Shown here: positions 23,916-42,052 of the stretch, in pieces | How positions within the stretch are numbered: the stretch's first letter is position 1 | Layout of the letters: each line of letters starts with the position of its first letter | Origin: Amoebidium appalachense | Taxonomy: Eukaryota > Protista > Ichthyosporea | Assembly (NCBI GenBank): GCA_963693365.1 | Contig: CAVNZM010000011.1 | Span: 8,173,937-8,237,936 of the forward strand | Reading direction: 5' to 3' | Length of the DNA: 64,000 bases | Program-made: the position numbers and the translations under genes | The notes under the pieces: model-generated | Database searches by the model: none | What the model was told of the DNA's origin: nothing | What the model saw: the letters and a program-made list of their open reading frames with translations, nothing else

Positions 23916-25302
23916 GGTGGAAACTTTCGGCAAAAAATAAACCCTGTGCGGAGAAGGGCATGTGAGAGAAGGCAGGGAGGAGATGCTAAGGATGGGGTGT
24001 GCTGGTGTAAGAGGTGGTGGGGCAGGGAAGGTACCGAGGAAACAACCAAGGAAAGATAAACGGATATGCCCTTCAAGCACATCCCAAGCGCTAGTAGTCG
24101 GAAGACGTTCGCGCGTGAGCAAACAAGAGGGGGAGAGAGAGGAAAAGGACGGACGGGAAAGGTGGGCGGGGGAGGGGGAGGGGGGAGGGGAGGGGGGGTA
24201 GCTCTAACCCGCAACACACTAGATCACCCAGCTCCATGCTTAAGCACGTGTACATTCTACGTTTGTATAGAGGGCACAAAGTCAGATTAAGACTCTCAAG
24301 CCCGGTCTTAACCTAAAACTACCCTCCCCTTCATAAACCATCTACCCTTCTTTCTCCAAACTGCATAACCTTTTTCCTCCTCCACTCATGACCCATAACC
24401 ACCACCTCCGCCACCCCAACCCTCCCCTATACCCACAATCCCACTCTCCCTTCTTCTCTCTCCGCACAAACTCCACCTTCCCTCCCGTCCACATCCACGA
24501 CACACAAACACACACACACAAAAAAAAAAAGAAGAAGGGGGGGAGGGGGGAGAAACGAGAAAAAGGAAGAACAAAAAGTACACAAAAAACAAAAATAACC
24601 CACGCAAAGAGCAGAGCCAAACCCCAAAGAAATTCATTCATGCCACACCTTTATGATAAGTTCCCAGCTCTTTCTTTTTCCACTCCCTCTTTCCTTGTGC
24701 CAGTTTGTTGTTTGTGCGCGCGGATTTCGAACCAGTGGCAAACCAAACCCTGGCATGACGTCATTTTGCTTGTGGAAGAAGGCGTTACATAGGCAGCACT
24801 AAATTATGACGTAATGTCGCACGTTGACCGTAGCTCTATGATGACGCGTGATTACGCAATCACGGCCCCAGCGCTCTGACTGGCCCTGGGGGGGGGGGGG
24901 GGGGGGGGGGGGGGGGAGGAGGGGGGAGGGGGGGGGGGGGGAGGGGGAGGGGGGGGAGAAGGGGGGGGGACGGGGGGGAAGGGCCCAGGTATACTTATTA
25001 AAATTTGAGCTTGAATCAAGGGCAGACACGGGTATAGAAATTTAAAAGGGTGCAAGTTTGGTGTTAACGTGCTCGTTGCAGGGGGCCTGCATGCAGGAAT
25101 TGAAATGGGGTTTACGCTGTTTACTCGAGGCAAAGAGAACCAGTCTCAGGTATGGGGGGGGGGGGTTTTGCTCGGAATATCCCCTCAGCGGTATATCATG
25201 ATCACGTACATAGATGTCGGGTGGTGACTATATATCAGGGTTTACTTTCTCTACGAGACACCATAAAGACTACAAGGAGAAATCAATTAGTTGGGGTTCC
25301 CC

Positions 25303-25348
<46 letters not shown>

Positions 25349-25380
25349 GGGCTCCCCTCGGGACACTCGGTATCAGCTGG

Positions 25381-25435
<55 letters not shown>

Positions 25436-26135
25436 GTGTGTGTGTGTGCGCGTGCGCTATAATTTTGTAGTGATGTGTTTCTCAAGCCAATAAATACATC
25501 TAATAAACAGGTCGTAGTTACGCGTGTTTAGTATAAAATCAAGGATGTTGTAATTTACAGGTAGGCTATCTTTCTGGGTGTCTGTTGTGAATGTGACGTG
25601 TGTGTGTTGCGGTATTATGTGGTCTATCAAACTACATTTGGCGATACATGACCGGTTAAACTGGTGTGTGTGTGTGTTGTTTGGGCATGCAAATGATGCC
25701 ACCTTATACTTATTAGATCTCCACTGTATAGCACGTGTACAGTAAAAGCGTGGTAATTGATCAATAATACCATCAGCTAGAGAAAGACCAGTTCTACAGG
25801 AAGGTAATATGTATTTAGGTGTTATACACTTGCGAGTGCCATATTTGGCAATATGGTTGAGGCGGTCAGTATATATAAAACGAGACATAAGGCTTAGTTT
25901 TTCAAGGTGTATGCTTTCATCGGGTCTAGTGTCGTCTGGGACTTTTGGCCGATATCACATTGTTCATATTGTTGGTCCTCCCCCCTCCCCCCTCCCCCCC
26001 CCTCCCCCCCCCCCCCTCCCCCCTCTCCCCCCACCCACCTACCCCGACCGCCCCGGGAACCGGGCCCATCTTCCTCTCGAGTACACCTCAGGGCCTCACC
26101 TGCATTCACAACCACCTGTACAAACGGTACTCAGG

Positions 26136-26171
<36 letters not shown>

Positions 26172-26367
26172 GGGGGGGGGAGGGGGGGCGGGGGGAGGGG
26201 GGAGGATAGTGCTATTTATGGAGGGAGAGAGAGAAGGAGGGGGCGGAGGGGGGAGGGAGGGGGAGGGGAGGGGGGAGAGGGGGGGGGGGGGGGGGGGATC
26301 TTGACATGTTCCATATATATGCATATGCATGGTCATATCAAAGGTGGAAATTGATTTACTGAAGGTT

Positions 26368-26680
26368 CAACCACATCAGCATAATCAACTTGCTTTAAGC
26401 AGCATTTACTCAGTATTCTGTAGAAGGAACTTCTGAGAATTATTCTACAAATGCAGAATTATTCTGCAATTACCGTATTAAGCAACAGGCAGGATATTTC
26501 TGCACAGCAGTGGAATAAAAATGCACCAAGCATATTCTTGTGTCGAGCAGAATATCAACGCTTAAAGCAGAAATACTCCGCCCCAGGCTGGATAATTCTG
26601 TCTCTAGTGAATGATTCTGATTTTCTTTTCGAAGAATAATTCAGCTCACGTCAAATTGATTCAATCTGCTGATGTGGTTG
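26368..26680. mobile_element. MITE-like element with ~14-bp terminal inverted repeats
   Basis: CAACCACATCAGCA ... TGCTGATGTGGTTG, AT-rich interior with repeated GAATTATTCT; no clear TSD. Confidence 0.55.
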
Positions 26681-26988
26681 GTGCCACAGTAACGGCTTCA
26701 CGTGTGATGTTAAGGGACAGAAAACAGTGTGTATTGTTTCTTCTGGAGGGAATGCCATGTGAATATTCTATCATAAGTTATTGACTCGGGGGGTTTGATA
26801 GTAAGAGTGATAGCTTGCGTCAGGAGGTTATGTATAACGTTTGTGTTTGCACGTCAGTTCTTGTTACAATACGTATGACTCCATTTGGTTCAAAATCTGT
26901 TTGATCACCTTTGTCCATATGTCGAGCGTGTAACCATGCTACTAGTCATAACTACTATCATGTGCAATTGGAGTTGGAATTTGGAACA

Positions 26989-27053
<65 letters not shown>

Positions 27054-27583
27054 CCCAAAAAAAAAAAAAAAAAAAAAAAAGGCGAGAAATAAACAACAAT
27101 CGTTAAACGCTCTGGAAACCGTTGGGTATAATAAAAAAATAAAATAAAACTGTTCTTCTTTGAAACAGTTTCGAAGGAAAAGAAACACCGTGGCCTGGTC
27201 TCGTACGCTTTGTACCAACCATGCATCTGTTCTGCTTTATTTAAAGAAATGATACGATGAAAAAGAAAGATTACGATCATGGTTGGCCCTAGGCCTATCG
27301 CCATCTATCACTATCTACCGTAAGCGCTACCCCCCCCCCCCCCCCCCCCCCCCTCCCCCCCCCCTTCCCCTCTCCCTCCCCCCTCCCCCCCAACCGACCC
27401 AACACCCACCACCACTCAAACTCCCGTTGAGCCCAGTCTGCACGTGTGCATGTGTGTGGGGGGGAAGGGGGGGGGGGGGGGGGGGGGAGGGGAGGGGGGA
27501 GGGGATGCCGCATGTGCCGTTTAAGTGTATATACGTGTGCGAGCACACACGAATCGACGTCACCTGTGGGTGACACTGTGAGT

Positions 27584-27621
<38 letters not shown>

Positions 27622-28026
27622 ACGTGTGTGTGTGTGTGTGTGTGTCACGGTGTGTGCACGGGGAGAGGGGGGGGGGGGGGAGGGGGGGGGGAACGGAGGA
27701 GGAGGGGGACAAACACCGTAATTACCGGCTACTGCAGTAACTTAAAGCAATTGATAAACTTTCGAAGATTGCTTTTTTAATGGCGTTCACGATCTGCCAC
27801 AAGAACTTGCGAGTCTCCAGTTTCCCGCAAACTGGTCTATCCAGCCAATAACCAGTGGCGCCAAAATCAAACCAATCAGTTACACTATAAATTAAAAAAT
27901 CTACAAGCAGCTTGGCAGACGAAACAAACAGCCAATATTTCCAGACAAGACCTTTATATTGAGTGATTAAGCCAACAATCAGAGGGGTTTCTGCGTCTTC
28001 ACACAGTGCCCGTGCCCTTGGGTGGG

Positions 28027-28075
<49 letters not shown>

Positions 28076-28555
28076 CTGGGGGGAGAGGGGAGGAGGGGGG
28101 GGGGGGGGGGGGGGGGGGGTCTTCAGTGTGAGGTCGTCCAAAAGCTAAAAAAGTGTATGGATCAATCCAGTCATATTATCTTTCTCATATATCTTGAACC
28201 TGGCAGTTAGATAATAGTTCAGATAACGCCTGTACATTGTTGATATCCACACAGAATTTTAAAGGCCTTTAAAACCCCCAACCAAAAGGGGTATACATCA
28301 ATAGTTTTATAACTAGTGCAAACCTAGCTAGTAATGTCCTTAAAACCCACAAACTAGATGCATTAGTTATTGTTATCCAATCAAACCCGTTCAAAGGACT
28401 AGTGTTTTCTGTGTGCGCTCGGGTATGTGGGTCTCTGTTTATGTGTGTGTTTGCATGACTGTGTGTGTGCATGCGCTTGCACGTGTGTTTCTGTTTCCAT
28501 ATATAGAAGCTTAGACACCATTAGATCATATGCTATATGCCCATGTAAGCAACAA

Positions 28556-28596
<41 letters not shown>

Positions 28597-29016
28597 CGCG
28601 CGCGTGTCTGTGTGTGTGTGTGTGTCTGCGCAAATGCGTGTGTGCAGCCTTTGGGTAACACAGGTATTGCACGCCGTTAGTATCTCACAGTTAACTATCT
28701 GTGATAAAGTATATCTACAGGTATATATATCAAACACAATTCCTCAAAATTTATGGGGTCGTTGTGTGAACGTGTCTCAGCCTACAAGGCATTTCCTTGC
28801 CAACATTAATCTTCAACCCGTCCAATCGTGAAATGAACACAAATATCCCCCCCCCTCCCCCCCCCCCCCCCTCACACACACACACACACACCCCACACAC
28901 ATCCACAATCACACAGACAGACACACACGGCTTGAAAACCCCCCAAAAAAGGAAGGGGGAAGGGGTTGTACTCCATAAACATACACACACAGAACCAAAA
29001 ACAAACCAATCAAATG

Positions 29017-29051
<35 letters not shown>

Positions 29052-29070
29052 AGGAAAGAAAGAGAAAAGA

Positions 29071-30265
29071 CTATACAAAAGGCTTTGTCTCACCGTCCCT
29101 TGCCGGGAACATACCAATATTCCTCAAATTTGGGTATTGCCTCATATCCGCTATACCCGCAAAAGAATCCTGATGGGCTTTTATCCATTCCTTCATCTCC
29201 CCCGTTACCGGCCTCTCCGCCACCACCGAATACAAACACGCCTTGTTGCTTTCCAAAAGCTGCCACCGCCCGGGCTCCACGTTCCAATACGCCAAATCAC
29301 CGAAAACCGTTTCGTTATCCGGTACGAATTTCGAATCAAGGATCCCCCCGTTGAACCAAAACGGGTTCCCTTGGTAGTCGAGGTGCAGGATCTTGCTCGA
29401 GCATACCTTCTGCGGGGTCCAATGCGAATTTTCAAACTCTGACGGGAGGAGGGGGAACCGCGGGCCCAAAACCCCGGGCAGAAACGGGCTGAAAGCGTAC
29501 ATGGGGTCGCCGACCATTTCGAACCCCAGCCAAAACGTCTCCTTGTCTCCGTATACAATATCGTACGTGTGCTTGTTCTCCTTCTCCTGGTTTAGTTGAC
29601 ACACGGCCATTAGGGAACCGAAATGTCGTTTTTTGTCCAACACGACAACGCCGCTCTCTTGTACGTGAGAAGACCTCCCTTGGAACCTTCTAGACCAATA
29701 CACCTGAGGGTTTGCCTTCTCATGCTCTCCGGGAAGGATTTCACGCACCCACTTGACAAATTCCTCCTCCCTCCCCTCGCCTATGCTCCTGTCTTGGAAA
29801 AATAGCGCTCCCGTTTCCGTGTAACCCGGTTGCGTGAAAACGCGTTCGATTGGTTGAAGGAAAAGACTGTCGGAATCGAGAAACACGATCTCGCGGTATT
29901 GCGAAAAAAGCATGACGAATGGTTTTCCCGCCCACCCTCCGGGACGCTGCGTCATCATTGGGTTAATATCAGTCACGGCCGTGTTCGGGATGGCCGCCAG
30001 CGCGTCGCGATTTTCAGCCAATAAATCGTTTTCGCCCAAATAAAGAACCTCGAAAGGAAGCGTGCACCCCTTGTCCCTTAACATGCGCAGAGTGGCGTAC
30101 CCGCTGTTGAATTGGTGGTTTCCCATCGTGATAACAACACCGCGTCCTTCTTTAAAGCCGTTTTTAAGGTCGAGGGCCCTGGTGAATTCTGGAAGCCAAT
30201 AGAAGACTTTGCGTTCGAGAGCGTGCACGGCGGCGGCGGCGCGGTCGTAGTCCTCGAGGGTGACG

Positions 30266-30305
<40 letters not shown>

Positions 30306-30471
30306 AGGGGGAGGGGGGGGGGGGGGGAAAGGCGCGGAAGGGGGGGAGGGGGGAGTGGGGGGGGGGGGGAGGGGGAAGGGAGGTTGGGAGGGGGGGGGGG
30401 GGAGGGGAGGGTGATGTGTGTGTTTGTGTGGGTGGTGGGGTGGACGGAGGGGGGGCGGAGAGGGGGGTGGG

Positions 30472-30562
<91 letters not shown>

Positions 30563-30905
30563 CAGGGGCAAAGGGCAAGTTATGTAAGTCGGGGAACCAT
30601 AGAATCCAGCACACCTTAGGTGAGTCGAGGATAACAGATTGCACCGTGCATCAGGCATGTGGGGTTGGTGGTGGTGGGGGTAGGGATGGTGGTGGTGGTG
30701 GGGGGCGGGGGGGGAAGGGGGGGGGGGGGGGGGATGCCGGGGAGGGGGGAGAGGGGGGGGGGGAAGGGCGGGGATAGGAATGGGGAGGTTTGGGGTTGGC
30801 CCATGCATGAATGTGCAGTGAACGGTGAGAGGTGTGTCTGTGTGTTGGGGGTGAGAGAAGAGGGTGATGGTGGGAGAGGGGGGGGATGGTGGTAATGGTG
30901 ATTGC

Positions 30906-30943
<38 letters not shown>

Positions 30944-31279
30944 ACGAGGAGGGGAGAGGGGGGGGGAAGGGGGCATTGGGCAAGGGGAAGGTATCTATAA
31001 ACCTAACCCTAGAACCTTCAGAGTGCAGAACTAGAACTAAGATAAAAGCCACGACCAAAAAAAGGGGGGGGGGGGGGGGTAGAAGGATGATTGTGGTTGC
31101 TAAGTGCAGGAGAATAAGGTGAGCGGTTGTGGGGGGCGGGAGGTGCAGGGGTTTACAGTTGTGGGTAGAGACCCCCCTGGGGGGGAGGGGGGCGAGAAAG
31201 GGGGCAGGTATACACATGGAGGAACGAATACAAGCAAGGGTGCAGGAATTAAAAGAAAAAAAGGAATGTGAACAGTTGT

Positions 31280-31325
<46 letters not shown>

Positions 31326-31355
31326 TTGCATGTGTGAGCGCCTGTGTGTGTGCGT

Positions 31356-31399
<44 letters not shown>

Positions 31400-32774
31400 C
31401 TGTGTGTGTGTGTGTGTGCATGCGTGCACGCCTGTATGTGCATGCGTGCGTGTAAGTGAAGATGCAACCGTGAGGCAGAAGGGAGGGAGGGGAGAGGAAG
31501 GGAGAAGGATAATTCTGGGTGATCGGATGATTTTGGGGGAGGGGAGGCGTGGGGGGTGGGGGTGGGGGAAGGGGGGGGGGGGGGGGGGGGGAGCTGAGGA
31601 GGACACAGAAACTTGAATCCAAACACGTAGCAGATCAGAAAATAAATTATTTTTGCCCCAACGGTGATAGATCAACAGAAAATGTGCAGCATGGGTTGGA
31701 GGAAGAGCCTAAATCAATAGAAATACACATTGGGTGCAATGATGGATGGAATGTTACATATGGTGCACGTATACCAATACCTAGTGGCCCCCTTCCCTCT
31801 CCTCCCCACCTCCCCCCCCCCCCACGCACCGCAAAAAAATGTACGCGGGTTAACACACACACAGACATAGACACGCTCACACATTTGCAACCCCCTCCCT
31901 CCCCGCCCTCCCTCCCCGTCCCCCTATCCCCCCTATCAGGTGTCACTCACGAACCACCGTTCGTTTATATGCGCCCCCCCCCCCCCCCCCCCCCCCCTCC
32001 CCCCCCTACCTCCCTCCCTTTTCTCTCACACGCTTGCTCAGACCCACACTCTCTCCCGCACCCACCCACCCACCCACCCACATGCAAAAACACATGCAGG
32101 CACACACACAAACACACACACATACACAGGCACACACACACACACAAACAACCTACCCTAATTTCACTCCATCTTCAATCGCCATTGCCAGAACCTCTCT
32201 GACACTCTTCTGTGTGTAGTACTTCGAAGGTCCCTCTACCTCCCCGGGCATTCTCTCTGGCAAAGTGTGTACCTGCTCCCACAAGTCCAAAACAGCCAAA
32301 ACATCGCGCACATGCCTCGCCAATGTCGCAGCGTTATGAGGGTCGTAAGTATTGACATTCAGCTTAATGCGATCGTGCATTACAGGCACATACTGACGGA
32401 AAGTGACAGAGAGTGTTTGTATGTCAAACGGGTAGCGGGGGGGTGGGCCGGAGGGTGTTGGTGTTGGTGTAGGTGGAGGTGTGGTAATGGTAGTGGTGGC
32501 TGGTCGAGAGGGTATTTCCTTAACCGGTTGTGGTGTGTTGAGGACATTCTTGTTTTCAACGATGTTCACACCCTTGAAATCGCTGTCTGCACGTGTGTCC
32601 GTGTGTGTTTCTAGCCCCCCCTACATCTGCGCGTTCCTCTTGTGTTACGCGCACACTCACACCGGCGTCATCTCTACTTGCCGCATATAAAGTAATTCCT
32701 AGTGCAAAAATAACCACGACGCCAAACACACGTGTTCGCAATAGCTTTGCTAGTGCCCCTTGAAGCTGGCGCAT
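29071..32774 (-). CDS. GT71 / MNN-MNT-type alpha-mannosyltransferase (type II membrane), 2 exons (32774-32157, 30265-29071), one apparent frameshift
   Basis: N-terminal TM ([17 protein letters not shown]), a Pro/Thr stem, then GRGVVI, LPFEV, GWAGKPF, FLDSD (DxD), [19 protein letters not shown] and [10 protein letters not shown]. The GG|C splice junction is in phase. Removing one G from the 7-nt run at ~32615-32621 restores exon 1. Confidence 0.88.
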
Positions 32775-33862
32775 GGCTGGATTGGTGTGGGGTGTATGCC
32801 CCATATACGTAGATAAACACCGAAAAGACCAGGAGTGTGGTCCGTGTTCGTAGTGGGCAACGGAAATTCTTCTAGAAGGGAAGAGGGATGGATGAGTGGC
32901 GGGAAGGGGGATGGGGTAGGGGGTAAGGTGGGGCAGGTGTTCACAGCAAAAAAAGCGCGTGCGTGCGGTGGTGGTTGTGTTAAAGCAAGATAAAAAGAGC
33001 GTGTGTGTTTGGCGAGAGCATGTGGAGTCTATGTAAGAGATAAATCGGATAAAGACTAGCAGGTGAGTTGCACGAACTATTTGGAACCATTACGGTAGGG
33101 TTGTGTGTTGAGAAACCCAGCAACGAAAGATTCGGACCAAAAACAAGCTAAAAGTAACCAGCTTTTTCCAGCTGCAGATAACCCTAGCTGTTGCTGAACT
33201 GAGAAGAAATGAACACTATTACAAGTTTCTATTCTGTGTGCTGTACTAAGCTTTGAAAAGTGTGGTCACTGCCATCAAAGTTGTGTTCACCCGGCAAACA
33301 GGAAAATGTGTGGCGGCACGGAGTCACGGTGCTGATGAAGGAATTCTGGAAACATGCCTTAGCCCCCCTAAACTAAATTTCACCTCTAATTATCGTCCTA
33401 ACCGGAATGTAAAGATTGTAAATACATGTAGTTTTTATATTGTATTATGGCCATAAAATCCCCAAAAAATGAATAAATAATACATTCAGAATTGTTTGTT
33501 TAGGAATAATGTTGGACAAAAAACAGGCAGGCATCTTTTTGTAGCTGTAAATAGATAATGTTGATTGAGAAAAATGATGGACCCTAACTTGATCTAGAAA
33601 GACTTTCCATTTTATGCAAGAGCCAATGAAAACTTAGATTGAAATAGACTTGCATCCGCCAATCAAACAAGGGATTACTACACATAAAGCATTCTTTATG
33701 TGATCAAAACGACAAGGGCAACCAATCAGATACGGATATTATAGATGTAAACATGGCGAGCTCGAGCCTGCACAACCGTTGCACACCCATCATGAAAACT
33801 TCAGCGGCACACATGTGACGATATGTCACACGTTCAGTGCCCATAAGTAAAACCATGCATCA

Positions 33863-33907
<45 letters not shown>

Positions 33908-34194
33908 TTCCCCCCCCCTCCGAGCCCCACACGTACGCCATGCACCTAAATAAATATTCGTGAGCGGCCACCCCACGGGTGGATCCGGAGTAATCCCCCG
34001 TCATAATCATGAATGACATGAAAAAGCAGAAAGGTGCACTTGTGACACGCCAACAGTATCTCTGTGACATATCATATTCTTTTGTGAATGTATTTGTTGC
34101 ATTGGAGTGTCATACACGCACACAACAGTTGCGCAGCAGGCGCACACAATGAACGAACGTAACAGGCACACGTGCGTCCTCCCGCAGCCGTCGA

Positions 34195-34279
<85 letters not shown>

Positions 34280-34599
34280 AGACACACAGGCACACACAGA
34301 CACATACACACGCACGCACGCACACACACACAGACACACAGACACACACAGACGCACACACACATAGACCTAGAGATGTGAACATGGTGCACGTGCATAC
34401 GCACACACAAGAACACACACACCGTGTTACACGTGCATACTATTCACGTGCGCACACATGTTCACTCACCACACACGCACACACCGGCAACAAACGCACG
34501 TGTATGCACACACACACACAGTGTATCACACGCACATACACACACCTACCCACACACACGCGCGCGCACACACACAAACGCACCGTGACACACACACAT

Positions 34600-34677
<78 letters not shown>

Positions 34678-35341
34678 GCACACACAAGCACGTCAAAAGG
34701 TAAACTCAAGCACACACCCACACCCACCCACACACACACACAGTACACAGACGTGCATGTAACACAAACACATCGGGTCATCGCGCAACCACAAACAATA
34801 ACGAAGACTAAACCTGCTTGAATATCAATCAATGACACCACACTCGTTTACAGTCACGTTTTTCACACGTCGTTTGACAGATATCAAGCATGATTTAAGT
34901 CCCAACTTGCCACCAAATTGCTCGCTGTTGCACACGACTATAAATGATTATAAACCGTAACGCTTCACGTCCACCTACTCGAAAAAGAACCAGCCTGCAG
35001 TCTCGAGCTCTTTCCACTCTTTAGGAACGCTCATAAGAAACCTTGGTTAAATCGAAAAAATGGGAGGCAAGTTGGGCAGTAGAAGTTAGAAATCTAATCC
35101 CGGATCATGAAGTGAGGGGATTCGAAGGGTACACCGGTGGAGAGGGGAGGGGGAGGGGAGTAAAAGAAGTAATTCAGTAGGGGGTTGCCAAGGGGAAGGT
35201 GGTGGTGGTGGTGGTGGCCCCGGGGGGGGGGGGGGGGGGGGGGAAGACACTGAGGGACCCAATTACCCTTCTGATAAAATACCCCTCCCCCCCCCCCTCC
35301 CGCCCCCCTCCTCCCTCCCCCCCCCCCCCCCCCCCCCCCCC

Positions 35342-35375
<34 letters not shown>

Positions 35376-35836
35376 CCTCCCCTCCCACCACCACCACCAC
35401 CACACACACACAAAAACAACGACAACACTGCCCTCTCTTCCGCAGCGGGTTGGGGGGGAAGGGAGGGGGGGGAGGAGTAGGGAATAGGGGGAAAACCCCA
35501 TTCACTTCTCCGTTTTGTTGTGGGGGCGAACCCCCCCCCCCCCCCCCCTCTTCCCCTTCCAACCCCCCCACCCTTACAGGTGGCCCATGGGTCCCAGGGT
35601 TGGGGGGAGGGGGGAAGGGAGGGGGGGGCAAGGAGGGAGGGGGGTGGTGGGAGGAAGGGGGAGGGAGAGGGGGGGGGGGGGGGGGGGGGGGGATGTTTCA
35701 CGGTAAAAATCTGACAGAATCAGACAGCGACCTCATGCAGTGGATTGTTGCTTACATGCGGTTTGGCAATCCGGGAAAACGGCCGCACACACCTCCAGCT
35801 TTCCCCCAACTGGGACATCCAGCCAATAACAGCAGA

Positions 35837-35911
<75 letters not shown>

Positions 35912-36240
35912 AAACAATCACAACATAAATGTTTAAAAAATACCGGCCGGAATAAGCCGGAGTTTAAACCGTGAAACCTCAATGTAATTGTTGAATATTT
36001 ATTGGCTTGCATCTCTATCTACTACCCTTAGTCTTCCCCCCCCCCCCCCCCCCCATCCCCCCGGTCCCCCCCCCTTCCCCCCTTTTCTCCCTCTATACCC
36101 TACTCAGGTTTCTCATCATGACGTGTTACAGTACTTGTAATAGTTGCTCACGTGATATATGCACCAGAGTGCCCCACCACCACCACCTCCCCCGCCTCCC
36201 CCCCTCCCCTTCCCCCCTCTCCCCGGGGGGCGCTCAAGCT

Positions 36241-36287
<47 letters not shown>

Positions 36288-36610
36288 TCCCTCCCCTCCC
36301 GCCGGGCTGAGACCTCCGCCTTGCGGCCCTAACATTTGCCATTATTTACTCCATTGGAAACACCGCAATGTTGTACGTCTCATTAAACGTCACTGCTCCC
36401 AATGTAATGACCGGAATGTTGCGAGTTGGTGAGTGCTGGTGCGGGGGAAGGCAGCGAGCTCGAAAGGGCTTGGAGGGAGATTCTTCCGGGCCCGGAGGTA
36501 GGAGGGAAAGAGAGGGGGAGAAAGAGGGAAGGGAGGAGGAGGGGGGAGGGGGAAAGGGGCAGGGGTCCCACCGCAAGGCTAAGAGGCAGGTGGGAGGCTT
36601 TCCCTTCCGG

Positions 36611-36650
<40 letters not shown>

Positions 36651-38348
36651 CGACCCCTATCCACCCCCTCCCCCCTTCTTAATTAATGCCCTCCCCGCTC
36701 CCCCCCCCCCCCCCCCCTCCCGAGCACGTGATCACCCCCCCCCCCCCCCCCCCCCCCACCCCACCCACCCACCCCCCACCCACCCCCCGGCCCTTAGGTT
36801 GCGGGGAAATTTCAAGACTTCTTTTTTTCCTTGTTCAACGATCAATTCACTGCGTAGACTATCTATGTTACATAACTATTCCACGAGAGAACCGTTGAAC
36901 TCCAAGGGCATGCCAGGCTACTCAGTACGGGATATTACCCCCTCCTCCCTCCCCCCCCCCCCCCCCCTTCCCCACCGCGCCCGCCCGCCCACCCTATCCT
37001 ATCTGAATGTGATGCACAGCACATATGCACTTGCACATGTACACAGATTCCCTATAGCAACAATATTGTGCCATCCTCGAATGGCATTACTTATCTCAAT
37101 AGACATGTATCATTTCAGCTCATATGTGTATGCACACGTTACGGTACAGGATGTGCACACACCGTAGCTATAGAGTGATCATGATGTGGGAATGGTGATA
37201 TCTAAGAGTCGGATCACATCTTCAGTATCTTCTGAGTATGTAGCAAAAGCTCTCATATGTGCAATTCACAAAACCCAATCTTCATGTGCCTACTTTTGCG
37301 GTAGCTACAGTGGAGGTGCCCACTACGTCTGGTATCATGCGCATGAACACAACTACATTGCTATGCAACCCTGCGACAGATCTACAGATATCGATTTTCC
37401 GAACATAATTATAAGTCCCTAGCCATTTTTGGACATTTAAGATTCTCAGCTGAGGCTGGCTGGCTAGCCCCGACGGCATATATGAAAATTATTATTATGA
37501 TCTTTCTGTCCTTGTGGGCTAGGTGGGGGATGGAAAATTGAATTGAGATTCTCGCTGGCAAAAATCACGTTATCTTATATTCGGCATACCGTGTTTGTAT
37601 ATCGAACATACTAAACTCGTTTAAACGGTTTTGATAGTGATCACAGTTTTATATACTGCTGTTAGCTTTGGCCCTGGCCATATATGAGCTTGGAACATGG
37701 CATGTCTTTGTATGAACCGGGAGGTCTATATAAATGAGCTTGGGGTGTTATATGGGCCGCAGAGTTGTATATCTACGAGATAATTATGTTTAAAGCACGT
37801 TGTACATGATTGAATTTCACAGCCACAGTCAGCAGAAATAGATGATAAGCCACTTTTACATCGATGCCGAGATTGTTTGAAATTTCTTTATAAGGAAAAC
37901 CCGCAACTTCTGGAAATTTTACACAGTTTTACATCACATATATACACAAGGCCAACCACATACGCTGACGTCAATATGACGTAAACCCGAAGTCATGCCT
38001 CAAGCTGGTGGCTGAGGATATAGACCCTTATTATCCCCCCCCCCCCCCCCCCCCCCCCTCCTCCCCCACCACCCTTCCGGAGTCGCAAACAACAAACACG
38101 TTTGATCAACATTTGTCTTTTATTTTTCTCCCGTTCTGTGACGGTTATAATCAGCTTGCGATGGGACATTGTGTTACAATATGGATCGCGGTATCTCCCA
38201 CCCACACAATTTTTTTTTATTTTATATTTTAACCTGTTTCACCTCACAGAGGCTACCGTATTTCGCTTGGCTCTGCCTATACCCCAGGCAGATTGATATA
38301 ACGAACTGATGCCAATGAAATTCACTATACAGGCGTATTTTTTATTTT

Positions 38349-41315
<2,967 letters not shown>

Positions 41316-41334
41316 CTGAAATTGTTGTTGTTGT

Positions 41335-41436
<102 letters not shown>

Positions 41437-41799
41437 GAGGGGGGGGGGGGGGGGGGGGGGGGGAGGGGGGGCTATAAGTATTGTTGTACGGCGTGCTAAT
41501 AGAAGTCTAGCTACATATATTTCGTGGTGAAATGTCAAAATAGCATAGGTTATTAGTCATATAGACGTCAAAAAACAGGACTCTGTTTGTCTAAAAGTAG
41601 TGCAACATCCTTATTTTAGAAACTGAAAGAATGTCACATGAAGGAATCCTTGAGAAATGCTGGCATAGACGTTAGCCTTTGGATATCTGAAAAAAGTTTC
41701 TTATTCTTTATTTTTTGTTGTTTCTATATAACAGTATTCTTTATCTTTTACAAGCATTGATATTTCAGGATTCAAGGTATTGCATAAAGTATAGATTAA

Positions 41800-42052
41800 A
41801 CCAACCACCACATCTCCCATCTCAGACAAAATCGAGGTTGATCCGATCGAGGATTCCAATTTGCCCTTGAAATTATCGAACTTATCAAGCGATCGAGAGT
41901 GACGTCATTCTGGGGAAAAGTGTGCCCAGAATGACGTTACTCCCTCGATTGCTTCATAAGTTCGATAATTTCTTTGGCGGCGCCAGGGCAATTTGGAATC
42001 CTCGATCGGATCAAACTCGATTTTGTCTAAAATGGGAGATGCGGTGGTTGGT
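41800..42052. mobile_element. fold-back MITE, ~115-bp inverted arms, flanked by TTAA
   Basis: ACCAACCACCACATCTCCCAT...ATGGGAGATGCGGTGGTTGGT with near-continuous complementarity to a short central loop. TTAA at 41796-41799 and 42053-42056. Confidence 0.85.

Noticed and set aside
25457-28300. Possible exons on the minus strand (25457-25888, 27722-28010)
   Set aside because: No recognisable motifs or consistent splice phases; cannot be supported.
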